NCBI GenBank assembly: GCA_048013815.1
Contig: CM106586.1
Location: 434,001 to 498,000 of the forward strand
Source: Setoptus koraiensis
Taxonomy: Eukaryota > Animalia > Arthropoda
DNA: 64,000 nt
Direction: 5' to 3'
The translations under genes and the position numbers were made by a program. Of this stretch, positions 41,936 to 53,908 are shown piece after piece; positions within the stretch are counted from its first letter, which is position 1; each line of letters opens with the position of its first letter. The notes under the pieces are model-generated. The model did not search any database. It saw only the letters and a list, made by a program, of their open reading frames with translations, and was not told where the DNA came from.

Positions 41936-42080
41936 GGATCACAAGATCGGACAAACTAAAACGGCCCTTATAAGGGCCAACCCCCAACTTTTAGCACTCT
42001 AACGGTCTATTTTCGAAGCGCAATCTACGGCAGAAGCCCTTTTCAGTCGATTTTACCCGCCGCTGCTTGCGAAAGATGTT

Positions 42081-42969
42081 TTTAGCGCTTAATTTTAATT
42101 AAGTAGCTATTGATGTGGGTCGGATGGATACGTTTATTCACGTGGGTAGAACAAATCAGTGCTTTTTTCAACTAGGAAAAAATAGCACAAGGAAGGCATC
42201 TGGAAGCATCTCGTCGTCAAAGGCACATAACTTGACTGAACAGCGTCATAGCTGAGGATGCACAATTTCTCAGCGATGACACACACAATTAGCACAGTCA
42301 AAGGCACATAACTTGGATGAACAGCGTCATAGCTGAGGATGCACAATTTCTCAGCGATGACACACACAATTAGCACAGTCAAAGGCACATAACTTGGATG
42401 AACAGCGTCATAGCTGAGGATGCACAATTTCTCAGCGATGACACACACAATTAGCACAGTGGAAGGCACATTACTTGGATGAACAGCGTCATAGCTGAGG
42501 ATGCACAATTTCTCAGCAATGACACGTACAATTTGTACAGTAGAAGGCATACATTTGAGTCGCACAGCGTCATTGCTGAGGATCCAGCAGTTCTCAGCAA
42601 TGACACGTTCAAATAGCACTGTCAAAGGCACATAACTTGGATGAACAGCGTCATAGCTGAGGATGCACAATTTCTCAGCGATGACACACACAATTAATAC
42701 TGTCAAAGGCACATAACTTAGTCATACTATAGGATAGCTAAGGAGCGGACATTTCCTTGTAATCTAGCGTTAAATTAGACTAGTTAGCGACGAAAGGCGT
42801 TATATAGTTGTATAGCTGAGATCTCTTGTATTCTCAGCTACTACACTCACATCAACTTATCGAATGCGAGCGTTAACAGGTTGTCATAAACTCTTTTGAA
42901 TCCTTCAACAATACTTGTCCACACAAAAAATTAAGCGCTCGAAATACTGATCTGATCAGTATTACTTGT
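42081..42969 (+). mobile_element. Complete HINE-C with about 84-bp tandem repeats
   Basis: Both ends intact; repeats at 42220-42720. Confidence 0.85.
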
Positions 42970-43289
42970 TACCCGAAAATCTCGCTAACCGGAAGTCGTA
43001 AGAATCTGAATTTGACAGCATCGTGTTAGGCATGCCGTGATCTAGCTGAATGCAGAGTTTCAGCTCTGTATCTCGAATTTTCTGTAAAACCGGAACCGGA
43101 AGTTTCCGCACTTCCGGACTGCTGAAATATTTGTCAGGGGGCCCTGCGGGCCCTGTGTGTTGAGTTTCATCCAATTCGGAGTGCGGCGCTATTCTCCAGT
43201 ACACCCGAAATTTCTCCCTATACAGCAAGCTGTATAGAGAACCGACCTCACCCAGCTAGACCCTAAAAATCGAGAGAACGTGGGGAGAG

Positions 43290-43691
43290 TGTTGTAAGAA
43301 CGTTCTCTCGGTCTACTATTTTTCTACTCTGTGCACACAAAGTGGCACACAACCACAATCGCTGTGCAATTGTATGAAAGGAAGCACAGCACAACTTTTT
43401 GATTTGATTTGTGCTTTCACTTCAGAGAAGAGTACATCAACTATTGTAGTATAATAAACCACCAAAATAAACAGTACATTTTTCAATTACCATTTCAGAA
43501 CGCTCTGTCGAGCCGCGGTTCAGCAGAGAATGGGCGTGCGGGGTTTTCGTACTGTTGTGAAGGATATAAATGCGCTTCTGCGCATGGCTTCACACTGGTA
43601 CTTTTGTAACACCCTGTATCGCAGTCGGTATAAATACCGGCTGCCAAGTAATAATAAAGTTAGTTCCAACTAGACTAGTAGATCCACAACA
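43290..43691 (+). repeat. LTR of element 4 (TGTTGT...ACAACA) with upstream PPT, downstream PBS (TGGAGGTTC, tRNA-Gln-like) and a gag start at 43713
   Basis: GGGGAGAG PPT; TATAAATA at about 43630; MEQQEIIDIVKKSNIPIFD resembles a Copia Gag N-terminus. Confidence 0.75.
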
Positions 43692-43767
43692 TGGAGGTTC
43701 TGCCTCGCCTAAATGGAACAACAAGAAATAATAGATATAGTCAAAAAGTCCAACATACCTATATTTG

Positions 43768-44200
43768 ACAAGTGATACTAATTTCGTCAGTATCTCGAGC
43801 GCTCAATTTTTTGGATGGACGAGTATCGTTGGAATATGGATGCGAGTTTGTGACACCATGTCAGAGATGAACATCTATGCCTGTCAGATCAGAGTAGTCG
43901 GTCAACATGTGTATCACTATTGGAGTACATATGTAGATTACCACACCTACCACCTTTGCAACAAACCGGTTTGTCTGTACTCTACTTATGCCTTGTTATG
44001 CCTATATAAGAACCTGGACACTGCAGTCCTAACTGACATTATGTATCCTGCATCCATTAAATAAAGTATATCAAAAAGCATACGAAATCTCTAATAGTTT
44101 AACAGCCTAATCTCGGCGGAATCAGCCGAATTTGTGTGACAAACTTCCAAGATGAGTGAAAAGAAATCAATATCAATCGTCCGTTTAAACGGCAAAAACT
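43768..44200 (-). mobile_element. HINE 3' portion truncating the gag start
   Basis: ACAAGTGATACTAATTTCGTCAGTATCTCGAGCGCTCAATTTTT. Confidence 0.7.
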
Positions 44201-44217
44201 TCCCTAGTTGGAAATTC

Positions 44218-45185
44218 GGCTGTTGAAGCGAACTGGGCGTAGTTCCGATCTGGGTATTTTGGGTATTTTCAGGTAGAGTATAGTACCCTGATACCCAAAC
44301 AGATATTCATAAGATGTAGAAATTCACGGTTTTCGAGTTACCCGAGATACCGCACAGTGGGCGTTTTGAGATACCCGACGACCGCTGAGAGTCTTCGGAG
44401 CATGCTTGAAGGTATTTCGGGCACTATTTGCGTACATCAGAGAACCCTCATCCCTTTAGAGGTATTCCGGAAATGGAGAATCGACTCGAATTCGAAATAA
44501 CTGGTGTGGGGTATGATGGGTATTCCAGCATAACGCATGATCACCGCTCCAAGGATCGGTTGTTGTAGCGATTAGTGCCCCGCCCTGATTTTGATGAAAC
44601 ATCCTGTACGGGTACATCTTGACGTCTATAAACCGGAAAGAACGGTCCGGAAGTGCGGAAAATTGGAGCTCCGCTTCGCTCGGGAAAGAGTATGCGATGG
44701 GTCTGAGAACTCGGCCTGCGGCCTCGTATTCTGGAGGCCGTCACATCTCCGTCGTCGCTTACGCGACGACTGCGTGCGACGGGAACCCTTCGGGTAGGGT
44801 TGATGAGCGCTTCGGGTATCGGGCTGCGCCCGCTACCCTTCGCTCACATGACTGCAATCCATACACGAACGTAAGTAGAAGAACAGACTGTTCATCGTGA
44901 AGCTGCACATCCGACTGTGAGAATCTCGAGAACCGAAAGTGGCGCAGGCTTTTGTGTTGATCTGTACGGGCCTGCTAGCGCACGTATTTGGTCGATATTC
45001 CGTCCCGTCGTCGCCCTTGCAGCGGTTATTACCAAATATCTTGTGAACCGGAAGATGTAAGAATCAGAAATTGATGTCATCGGAATCATCGTAATCGAAT
45101 CCACCTATGTACTGACTTTCAAGACTGTAGCTCGAAGATTAAGCTAGAACCGGAACCTGTAGTTTCTACACTTCCGGTCCAAACA
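44218..45185. mobile_element. Two truncated, nested Merlin-derived MITEs (starts 44218 and 44558)
   Basis: TIR starts GGCTGTTGAAGCG and GGTTGTTGTAGCG; hairpin cassette at 44701-44862. Confidence 0.7.
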
Positions 45186-45842
45186 AATTTTCATGCATGG
45201 GTGCTCTGTCCACTCTCATGGTTGTTGATACAATTTGTAGACATGGCTACAAGTGCCTGGTTGGCACGATTAGGCAGCGTTTTTGGGCTTGTGTTGGTTC
45301 GGAGGCGGTCAATTGTATCGTTGGTAATAGGTGTTATGTCTAAATTCACCGAAGGGCTAGATATTTGGCGTTTGGTCGGTTAAATTGTTTATATTTTTGA
45401 TTGGAAATTAAATGATGTTAACAGCTTGACGACGTGCGCGCAACTACAGCTTGACGACGCGCGCGCAACTCCCAGTTGGTGTCCTTGTGGTGTCAGTCCG
45501 ATATGCGTCTATGGTTGTGCTTCGGATTGCTTTTGCGATGGCGTTTGCGTTGTTGTTGACTAAAATGGGTGCAATACCTATATTGCCAACTCTTGTGATG
45601 TTTTTTTGCCGATGACGGTACCAATTCTTTACGATAATAATACAAATGATACAAATAATACTCCTTGCGATACAAATAATCATTACTTGCGATATATTTA
45701 CCATAATAATCAATACTAGCAATATTAAATAGCCATTTGCGACAAGACGATATATAACTATTAGCATATAAACCAATATAGCGACTTAATCTATTAGCAT
45801 ATGAACCATTATAACGACCAATTGATAATAAGCGAAATATTT

Positions 45843-47779
45843 TCAAGTTATATTGATTATACCAGTATAAGAGCGCTTAATTAGCGCTTAATTTTAATTA
45901 AGCAGCTATTGGGATGGTTCTGGGCTCTACGTTTATTCACGTGGGTAGAACAAATCAGTGCTTTTTTCAACTAGGAAAAAATAGCACGGTGAAAGCTGTA
46001 CTGTGAGAAATAAACTAGATAAATTTAGAACACTCAAAGCTTACAATGTTGATTAATTGAATTTAGCCATAGAATGCTATTGCGCGTCCACTATAGACGC
46101 GATTAGCACGATCATTGCTGGATGCTAATAGATGGAATTTAGCCAGCAAAAGGCTAGCTGTATACAATTCGGATTCAGTGCATGGAAGCTAGAGGCGTTA
46201 GAACTAGAAGATTGTTAAAGCAGTAGAAGCTATCAGAATGACTATGCTTCTCAGCACTGTTGATTCTGATGTAGATGAAAACTAGACGAGAGTAACACGC
46301 TCAATGCTGCGATGCTACTAGATGAATTCACATAGTGCGCCTTTGTCGTCTGGGGTATGTATTGAAATCATCAATTGTGGCAAAACTAACGATAGAAGTG
46401 CACAATTTTTGCATGCGGTCAGCAGCAATGTCATCTACTATGGGAAAATTTTGAGAAAACCTGGATTAGTTTTTATTATTACTCTGACTCATTGGAAATC
46501 GCACCCTCACACATTGAAAATAAGCACACAACACACGGTTGTTGCGCATTGCGTCTTGGTGTATGTATTTAAATCACTAATTGTGGCAAAATAAAACCGG
46601 TGGAAGTGCATAATTTTTGCATGCAGGCAGCAGGACTTGGACATTTAACTATGGTGAGAAATTTGTGAAACCTGGATCAAGTTTGTGATACTCTTTAGAT
46701 GGTATGAATCGACCAAACGATCAATTTGAATAGCACACCGCACATGAAGCGCGCAGCTTCAACACATAGTACGCCATTGCTTCCGTTGGTGTATGTATTG
46801 AAATATTCAAAGTGGCAAAAACTAACCGATAGAAGTGCACCAATTTCTTGCATGCAGGCAGCGACATGTACATCTAACTAGGTTGAAAATTGAGAACCTG
46901 GATCTTGTTTGTGATACTCTTTAGATGGTATGAAACGACAAACGATCAATTTGATGGCACACCGCACATGAAGCGCGCGCTTCAAACATAGTACGCCATT
47001 GGCGTCTTGGTGTATGTATTGAATTCATCAATTGTGGCCAAAATAAACCGATAGAAGCTGCACAATGTTTGCAATGACCAGGACAGAGACCTGTACATCT
47101 AACTTTGGTGAGAATTTGAGAAACCTGGATCTAGCTTATTATACTCTTTAGATGGTATGAAACGGACCAAACGATTAATTTGGATAGAATACCGCACACG
47201 AGCACATGTGGTATTGCTGAGATCTCTCGTACTCTTGGCACCAAGTATGCATCGTTTCATCGATGCGAGCGCTAATAAGGTTTCATAAACTCTCCTTAAT
47301 TATCAAGATAATGTCTACAATGAAAAAATGATGCGCTCTAAATACTGATTTGATCAGTATTACTTGTTTTTCCAGTGAATGATCTAAGAGGTTTGGACAG
47401 ACTGTCGAGTAGTTTTAAGTGCTAGCTGGATTTATCCTGGTGAGAACAGTTTCGAAAATGGCAGGTACTGTATGGGCACATGTGCTCAATAATGCTCAAA
47501 CCAGCCAAGCACTGATTACGCTTGTGCTTATGTTTGCAAGCACACAGCGCGTGACTTTCAAGGTCAAAAACTGTGAATATCCATCATTAAAACTGTACGT
47601 GAATATTCACTGGCATAAAAGGTCTAAGTATTTACAAGCACACAGCGCGTGACCCAACGTAGCACAATTGGTGAATATCCTATGAAATCCACCATCATAC
47701 CGTGCATGGATGTCCATGCGTGATTTACAGGATCCAACAACACTACATCATAAGCACTTAATTATAATTAAGCTCTAAA
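45843..47779 (-). mobile_element. HINE-A with an oppositely oriented HINE (45882-47367, about 190-bp repeats) inserted in the T-run of its subTIR
   Basis: GAGCGCTTAATT | AGCGCTTAATTTT...ACTTGT | TTTTCCAGTG junctions. Confidence 0.75.
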
Positions 47780-47799
47780 AACAATCTGTCAAGCCTCAG

Positions 47800-49267
47800 T
47801 TGCAACAGCAACATGCGGACAAGGCAGTTCGAAAGCCCCCCATAAGCCTATTTGAAAGCTGCCGAATCTGCCTTGGCGGGTTAAGCCAGCCACGCATACT
47901 CCGGTGTGGCCATATATACTGCCGTGGCTGCATTAGAAATTGGCAGAGAGGGTCGGCTAATAACCCATTTAGGCAGCTAGAGCAGGGCCTCAAAGAGGTG
48001 CCGAGTGTTGTAGCGATTAGTGCCCCAGTCTGATTTCAATGAAACTTCACACACGGGGTCCGTAGGGTCCACAAATGATAAACTTGGTGGTCCGGAAGTG
48101 CGGAAACTTCCAGTTCCGGTTTTACATAAAAATTGAGATACGAACTTGAAACACTCTGCACATCTAGATTAAAGCACGCAGAGTACGATACAGTAAATTT
48201 CAAGCCTGAACAACTACCGGTTCACAAGATATCTTGAGGAAACCGCTGCAAGGGCGGTGACGGTACGGAATATCGACCAAATACGTGCGCTAGCAGGCCC
48301 GTACAGATCAACACAAAAGCCTGCGCCACTTCCGGTTCTCGAGATTCTCACAGTCGGATGTGCAGCTTCACGAAGAACAGTCCGTTCCTCTACTTACGGT
48401 CGTGTATGGATTGCAGTCATGTGAGCGGAGGGTAGAGGGCGTAGCCCGATACCCGAAGCGCTCATCAACCATAACCGAAGGGTTCCCGTCGCACGCAGTC
48501 GTCGCGGGAGCGACGACGGAGATGTGACGGCCTCCAGAATACCAGGCCGCAGGCCGAGTTCTCAGACTCATCACATACTCATCCCTGAGCAGAGCGGAGC
48601 TCCAATTTCTCCGCTTCCGGTCTTCTTACGTCAAATATATCTGTATGTCTGGAAAACCGGAAGTCGCACAGAGCTGAAAATTATGCCATCATATTCAGCT
48701 TGATCAGTAACGTCTCTCTGGTGAGTTTCAGATCTCTAGTTCGAACTTCATGTAAAACCGGAACCGGAAGTTTCCGCACTCCCAGACCAACTTTTCCGGT
48801 TTATTGGGGTCAAGACATACCCGTACCAGAAGTTTCATCAAAATCGGAGCGGGGCACTAATCGCTACAACAACCGAGGTGCCTATATTCGGCACTAGTGG
48901 CTACCAGATAGAGACAAGGAAGGTCATCCGCCTACCAACTTGTCCCCTATGCAGGAGCAGGGTCCGAGTCCCGCCCAAGGGAATACTCTGGGTGGACTTC
49001 CCTCCAGAGGAAGATGGTGGCGCCACCACATCAAATGCCGAGGCTAATCCAGTCGCAGATCCTCAGTGGTATGACGAGAATCTCGATATTAACGTAGAGG
49101 AGGGATCAGAGATGCCGGACGAAGTGTTTCAGCCACCGGAATCCCCGTCACTGGACCCACTCTCCCAGATTGAGTGGCCAGAGCAGCAAACACAACAGAA
49201 ACAGCCACAACAGGAACGACCACAACAGGAACAACCACAACGGGAACAACCACAACAGCAGCAATAA
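47800..49267 (+). pseudogene. RING-finger (C3HC4) gene fragment with an acidic/Q-rich tail, split by a MITE
   Basis: CRIC...CGHIYCRGC (left) and CPLCR (right) are in frame after MITE removal. Confidence 0.75.
48003..48874. mobile_element. Merlin-derived MITE
   Basis: TIR ..TGTTGTAGCGATTAGTGCCCC; perfect TSD GAGGTGCC. Confidence 0.9.
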
Positions 49268-49429
49268 CGGAGCCAACAGGGCCACTTCTTATGGCCAAAG
49301 GAGGCTCCACTAGACCTGGCCCTGAGCTATCTGGGATTATGGATTGTCGGAATCATTGGTGGCACAAACATTTCTGCTGGGTAAGAACCACTTTGGTCTG
49401 CATGGTTACGCAGCAGCTGGTCCCAGCTT

Positions 49430-49660
49430 AGCGAAGAAGATTTATTCATCGGTTGACAAAGAAACGAATCAATTATTAGGCGATGAGAATAAATTATCTG
49501 TCATCAACTGTGGTGAAGATGAATACAGACAGAACTTGAACAATTTAAATTACAAATATGAATCTATCTTTGGTAGACATGATTTTGGCGTTAGGTCAAA
49601 CGATCTTGTCACCTGTTACATATATCTCAAAGAAAATACGGGTGTTCTCCGAAAAGACGA
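49430..49660 (+). pseudogene. Possible Gypsy PR-RT linker fragment
   Basis: LNNLNYKYESIFGRHDFG...LVTCYIYL resembles the pre-RT linker. Confidence 0.4.
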
Positions 49661-49679
49661 CACACTCCGATTTCAATCA

Positions 49680-50142
49680 AACTTCACAAGAACAAATAGA
49701 GTGATCTGGAAGTCCGGAAATCTCTACTTCCGGAGATATGGAAATATGCATTTTTTAGGCCTCAGAGGGGCCTCAGACCTTAAATTTTTGCATGATTGTC
49801 TAGATCCACATGCTATCTATGTGATAGCGTTAAGTTAGATCTTCTACATCAACTCGTTCGCGAGATATTCTACAATAAAGGCAAGTCACACTTCCGGTTT
49901 TAAAACTGATGTTATTTGGCTGTAATACCAACTAGTTACGGTGTCTGAAGCAAACTCACACCCTATATAGAAGAAATCCGATCACGGGCCCCGCCCATTC
50001 GACTCCCAGTCCTCGGGAAGAATCTTTTTCAGTTAGGTTGCCGTCAGTCGTCCCACCGGAGGCCGCAGGCCGTAGGCGTGGACGACTGGAGGCCGAACCC
50101 CTTCTCCAGCCCGAGCCCAAGATGCATGGCAAACGGAAGAGC
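49680..50142. mobile_element. Partial inverted copy of the 57656 MITE subfamily, running into a gap
   Basis: Reverse-complement similarity to about 58140-58560. Confidence 0.75.
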
Positions 50143-50904
50143 NNNNNNNNNNNNNNNNNNNNNNNNNNNNNNNNNNNNNNNNNNNNNNNNNNNNNNNNNN
50201 NNNNNNNNNNNNNNNNNNNNNNNNNNNNNNNNNNNNNNNNNNNNNNNNNNNNNNNNNNNNNNNNNNNNNNNNNNNNNNNNNNNNNNNNNNNNNNNNNNNN
50301 NNNNNNNNNNNNNNNNNNNNNNNNNNNNNNNNNNNNNNNNNNNNNNNNNNNNNNNNNNNNNNNNNNNNNNNNNNNNNNNNNNNNNNNNNNNNNNNNNNNN
50401 NNNNNNNNNNNNNNNNNNNNNNNNNNNNNNNNNNNNNNNNNNNNNNNNNNNNNNNNNNNNNNNNNNNNNNNNNNNNNNNNNNNNNNNNNNNNNNNNNNNN
50501 NNNNNNNNNNNNNNNNNNNNNNNNNNNNNNNNNNNNNNNNNNNNNNNNNNNNNNNNNNNNNNNNNNNNNNNNNNNNNNNNNNNNNNNNNNNNNNNNNNNN
50601 NNNNNNNNNNNNNNNNNNNNNNNNNNNNNNNNNNNNNNNNNNGATACAACACCTGTCCATGATTACTTTAACAGATGTATGAATTATATATCTTGATATT
50701 ATAACATGCCTCTGTCAAGATCTATAATTTCTAATAGACCACATGAATGTTCAATTGTTCGCTCATCGATTCGAGAAAGGATTCAAAAATAGACATGCCT
50801 CCGCTGTACATCAAAACCGTAGCCATTAATCATGGCACATGGTCCATATTGAACAATTTTGCATTTTGTTCGACCTTCTTCGACTGTTGCTGCTATGACA
50901 AAAT

Positions 50905-51878
50905 TGGTTGTACCATCGAATAGGAGCCACGCCCAATTTAGGTATTTTGGGTATTTTTGGGTAGGGTATAGTGCCCTGATACCCGAATGGGTATTCCGGA
51001 AGTGCGGAAATTCTTCGTTACCGAGATTCCCGGGGTACCGCATTCTGGGTATTTCGGGGTATTTGAGGGCATATTGACGGTTCAATCGGCGATACCCACA
51101 CGCGCAGAAATCGGGTAGGGTACTCGCGTCTCTGTGCCGAGGTTAGATGATACCCAGAAGCTCGGGAAAGAGGAAAAATGCAGTTAAACCGAAGAGGCGT
51201 GACCGTTGAGTGCGGCGCGGAGTGAGACTGCGCCCGCAGTTGGTGAGACCACCCATCGATTCCTTGCGCGTGCAAGAAAAGGGGCCGACCCATTCGCATC
51301 TCTGATACAGATGATGAGATTAGAATAAAGGGATATATCCCCACTTTTTACTAATTTACTTCGTTACTCAACCTTCCATCTATACTGGACCCTCTTTCGA
51401 TCTTTACCGACTCGGCCTTCGGCCTCGCGAGCTTGCCTCGCCTCGTGTTGAGGGCTTCGCCCTCAACCCTCGCTCGAACCGACAACCCCGGCCTTCGGCC
51501 GAGTAATTGTCACACATCCGGACACCAGAAACAATGCGAATGCGTGCCCGACACACGGAGAGTCGTGCGATGTTCGATAATACTACTATCATGTAGACCG
51601 GAAGTTGCTCATGGAGTTAAAGTTTAGTATCTGGAGGTCTGGATGCTCTATGAAGCTAAATTCAACTGAACTACAAAGACATCGTTAAGATCTATACAAT
51701 CATGTGAAAATTTTCGGTCTGAGGCCCCTGTGAGGCCCGAAAAATGCACTTTTCCATATCTCCGGAAGTAGAAATTTCCGCACTTCCGGACCACTTTATT
51801 TGATCTTTGGGGCCCCTTCGGGGCCCAGGTGTCGAGTTTGAAGGAAATCGGGCTTGGCTCCTATTCGATGGAACACCC
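50905..51878. mobile_element. Merlin-derived MITE, no TSD
   Basis: TIR GG(T/G)TGT(A/T)CCATCGAATAGGAGCCA; CCGGAAGTGCGGAAA motif at both ends. Confidence 0.8.
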
Positions 51879-51887
51879 TTCGAATTT

Positions 51888-52184
51888 TCAATATTCGATG
51901 CCAGTATTTGGTATTTTCGCATAATAATGATTCGGTAGTAGTGGTGTTAACTTATGCGCTGTAATAATGATTTCAGATGTACGTGGATACTCAGGAATTT
52001 CCGATGATGATATCTCGGCTCCAAAATCGCGAATAAGATCTGCCCTTTCTATTGCATCAGCGTGGACCCACTTATTTTCAGTAGCTCTGCCCAGCAGAGG
52101 AGTCCATACTGAATAACTGACCTCGTATTGTATGTCGTTGTTCACTACTCGTACAGCGATGATTTTTCTGGGAGTGGATGCCAT
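51888..52184 (-). CDS. Small chromodomain-like ORF
   Basis: KIIAVR..NDIQYEVSY..W...NKWV..DAI...LIRDF fits the chromo-fold pattern. Confidence 0.45.
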   Translation of the reverse strand: MASTPRKIIAVRVVNNDIQYEVSYSVWTPLLGRATENKWVHADAIERADLIRDFGAEISSSEIPEYPRTSEIIITAHKLTPLLPNHYYAKIPNTGIEY

Positions 52185-52269
52185 TTATTATTTCTACTGA
52201 ACGTAGTTATGTAGTTATTTTCTTGGTGCGAATTCAGTTGATTGTTTGTGTATTGATTCTGTAGGTTGA

Positions 52270-53908
52270 TTTGATGTTCGAAATGTGACCATCGAACTAT
52301 GTACAAGCATCTGGAACTATCATCAGAAATTCGAATTTTCAATTTCGAAGTTCGAAGTTCGAATTGTGACCACAGAACTCTGACCACAGAACTCTGACCA
52401 TCGAACTTCGAACTCCAACCATCGAACTTCGACAGAGCAGATGAAACTATCATCAGAAATTCGAATTTTCAATTTCGAATTTCGAACTTCGAATTGTGAC
52501 CACAGAACTCTGACCACAGAACTCTGACCACAGAACTCTGACCACAGAACTCTGACCAGACCATCGAACATCGAACGAGCAGCTTAAACTATCATCAGAA
52601 ATTCGAATTTTCAATTTCGAATTTCGAACTTCGAATTGTGACCATCGAACTCTGACCACGGAACTCTGACCATCGAACACTGACCATCGAACATAGAACA
52701 AGCAGCTGAAACTATCATCAGAAATTCGAATTTTCAATTTCGAAGTTCGAACTTCGAATTGTGACCAAAGAACTCTGACCACAGAACTCTGACCATCGAA
52801 CATCGAACGAGCAGCTGAAACTATCATCTGAAATTCGAATTTTTAATTTCGAATTTCGAAGTTCGAACTTCGAATTGTGACCACAGAACTCTGACCACCG
52901 AACTCTGACCACAGAACTCTGACCATCGAACATCGAACGAGCAGCTGAAACTCTTATCAGAAATTCGAATTTTCAATTTTCGAACTCCGAACTTCGAAAT
53001 GTGACCATCGAACTATGTACAAGCATCTGGAACTATCATCAGAAATTCGAATTTTCAATTTCGAATTTCGAACTTCGAATCGTCACCACAGAACTCTGAC
53101 CACGGAACTCTGACCATCGAACTTCGAACGAGCAGCTGAAACTCTTATCAGAAATTCGAATTTTCAATTTCGAACTTCGAAGTTCGAAATGTTACCACCG
53201 AACTCTGACCATCGAACTTCGAACTCCAACCATCGAACATCGAACGAGCAGAAGAAATTTTTATCAGAAATTCGAATTTTCAATTTTCGAACTCCGAACT
53301 TCGAATTGTGACCATCGAACTCTGACCACGGAACTCTGACCATCGAACACTGACCATCGAACATAGACCAAGCAGCTGAAACTCTCATCTGAAATTCGAA
53401 TTTTTAATTTCGAATTTCGAAGTTCGAACTTCGAATTGTGACCACAGAACTCTGACCACAGAACTCTGACCATAGAACTTCGAACTCCAACCATCGAACA
53501 TCGAACGAGCAGATGAAACTATCACCAGAAATTCGAATTTTCAATTTCTAAGTTCGAATTGTCACCACCGAACTCTGACCATGGAACTAAGAACACTCAA
53601 CCACTAACTTTGAACGAGCAGCTAAAACTCTTATTAGAAATTCGAATTTTCAATTTTGAAGTTCGATTTGTCACCACCGAACTGCGCACAAATGTGACCT
53701 AGTCAAATCTCCATAGAATTGCATACGAAATATTTTCGAGTGAAGGGATAATAGACCAAGTCGAATCTACATCGGAATACATGTGTAATGTCAAGCAGGA
53801 TTCTCACAAATTTGACTAAGTCAAACCTCCATAGGATTACATAGTCACGTGAATAAACGTAGTCATAATCACCACCCCAATAGCAGCTTAATTAAAATTA
53901 AGCGCTAA
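52270..53908 (-). mobile_element. HINE-B, 3'-truncated, with minisatellite
   Basis: 5' end motif at 53885-53908; repeats as at 39037. Confidence 0.8.

Larger units (their letters stand above)
37877..43206 (+). mobile_element. Merlin/IS1595-superfamily DNA transposon with two nested HINEs
   Basis: TIR GG(T/G)T(A/G)TACTGGAGAATAGCGCCGCAC; perfect TSD GAAATTTC (37869-37876, 43207-43214); internal transposase. Confidence 0.88.

Noticed and set aside
45400-45846. ORFs 45444-45776 and 45493-45846
   Set aside because: Low-complexity AT-rich sequence with no recognisable motif.
2383-50682. ORFs containing long X runs
   Set aside because: Artefacts of the three 500-N gaps.
25014-53908. Many short ORFs (MIVSSALSEFDG..., MKLSSEIRIF...) in the GACCATCGAA arrays
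   Set aside because: They are translations of HINE minisatellites with no protein-like features.
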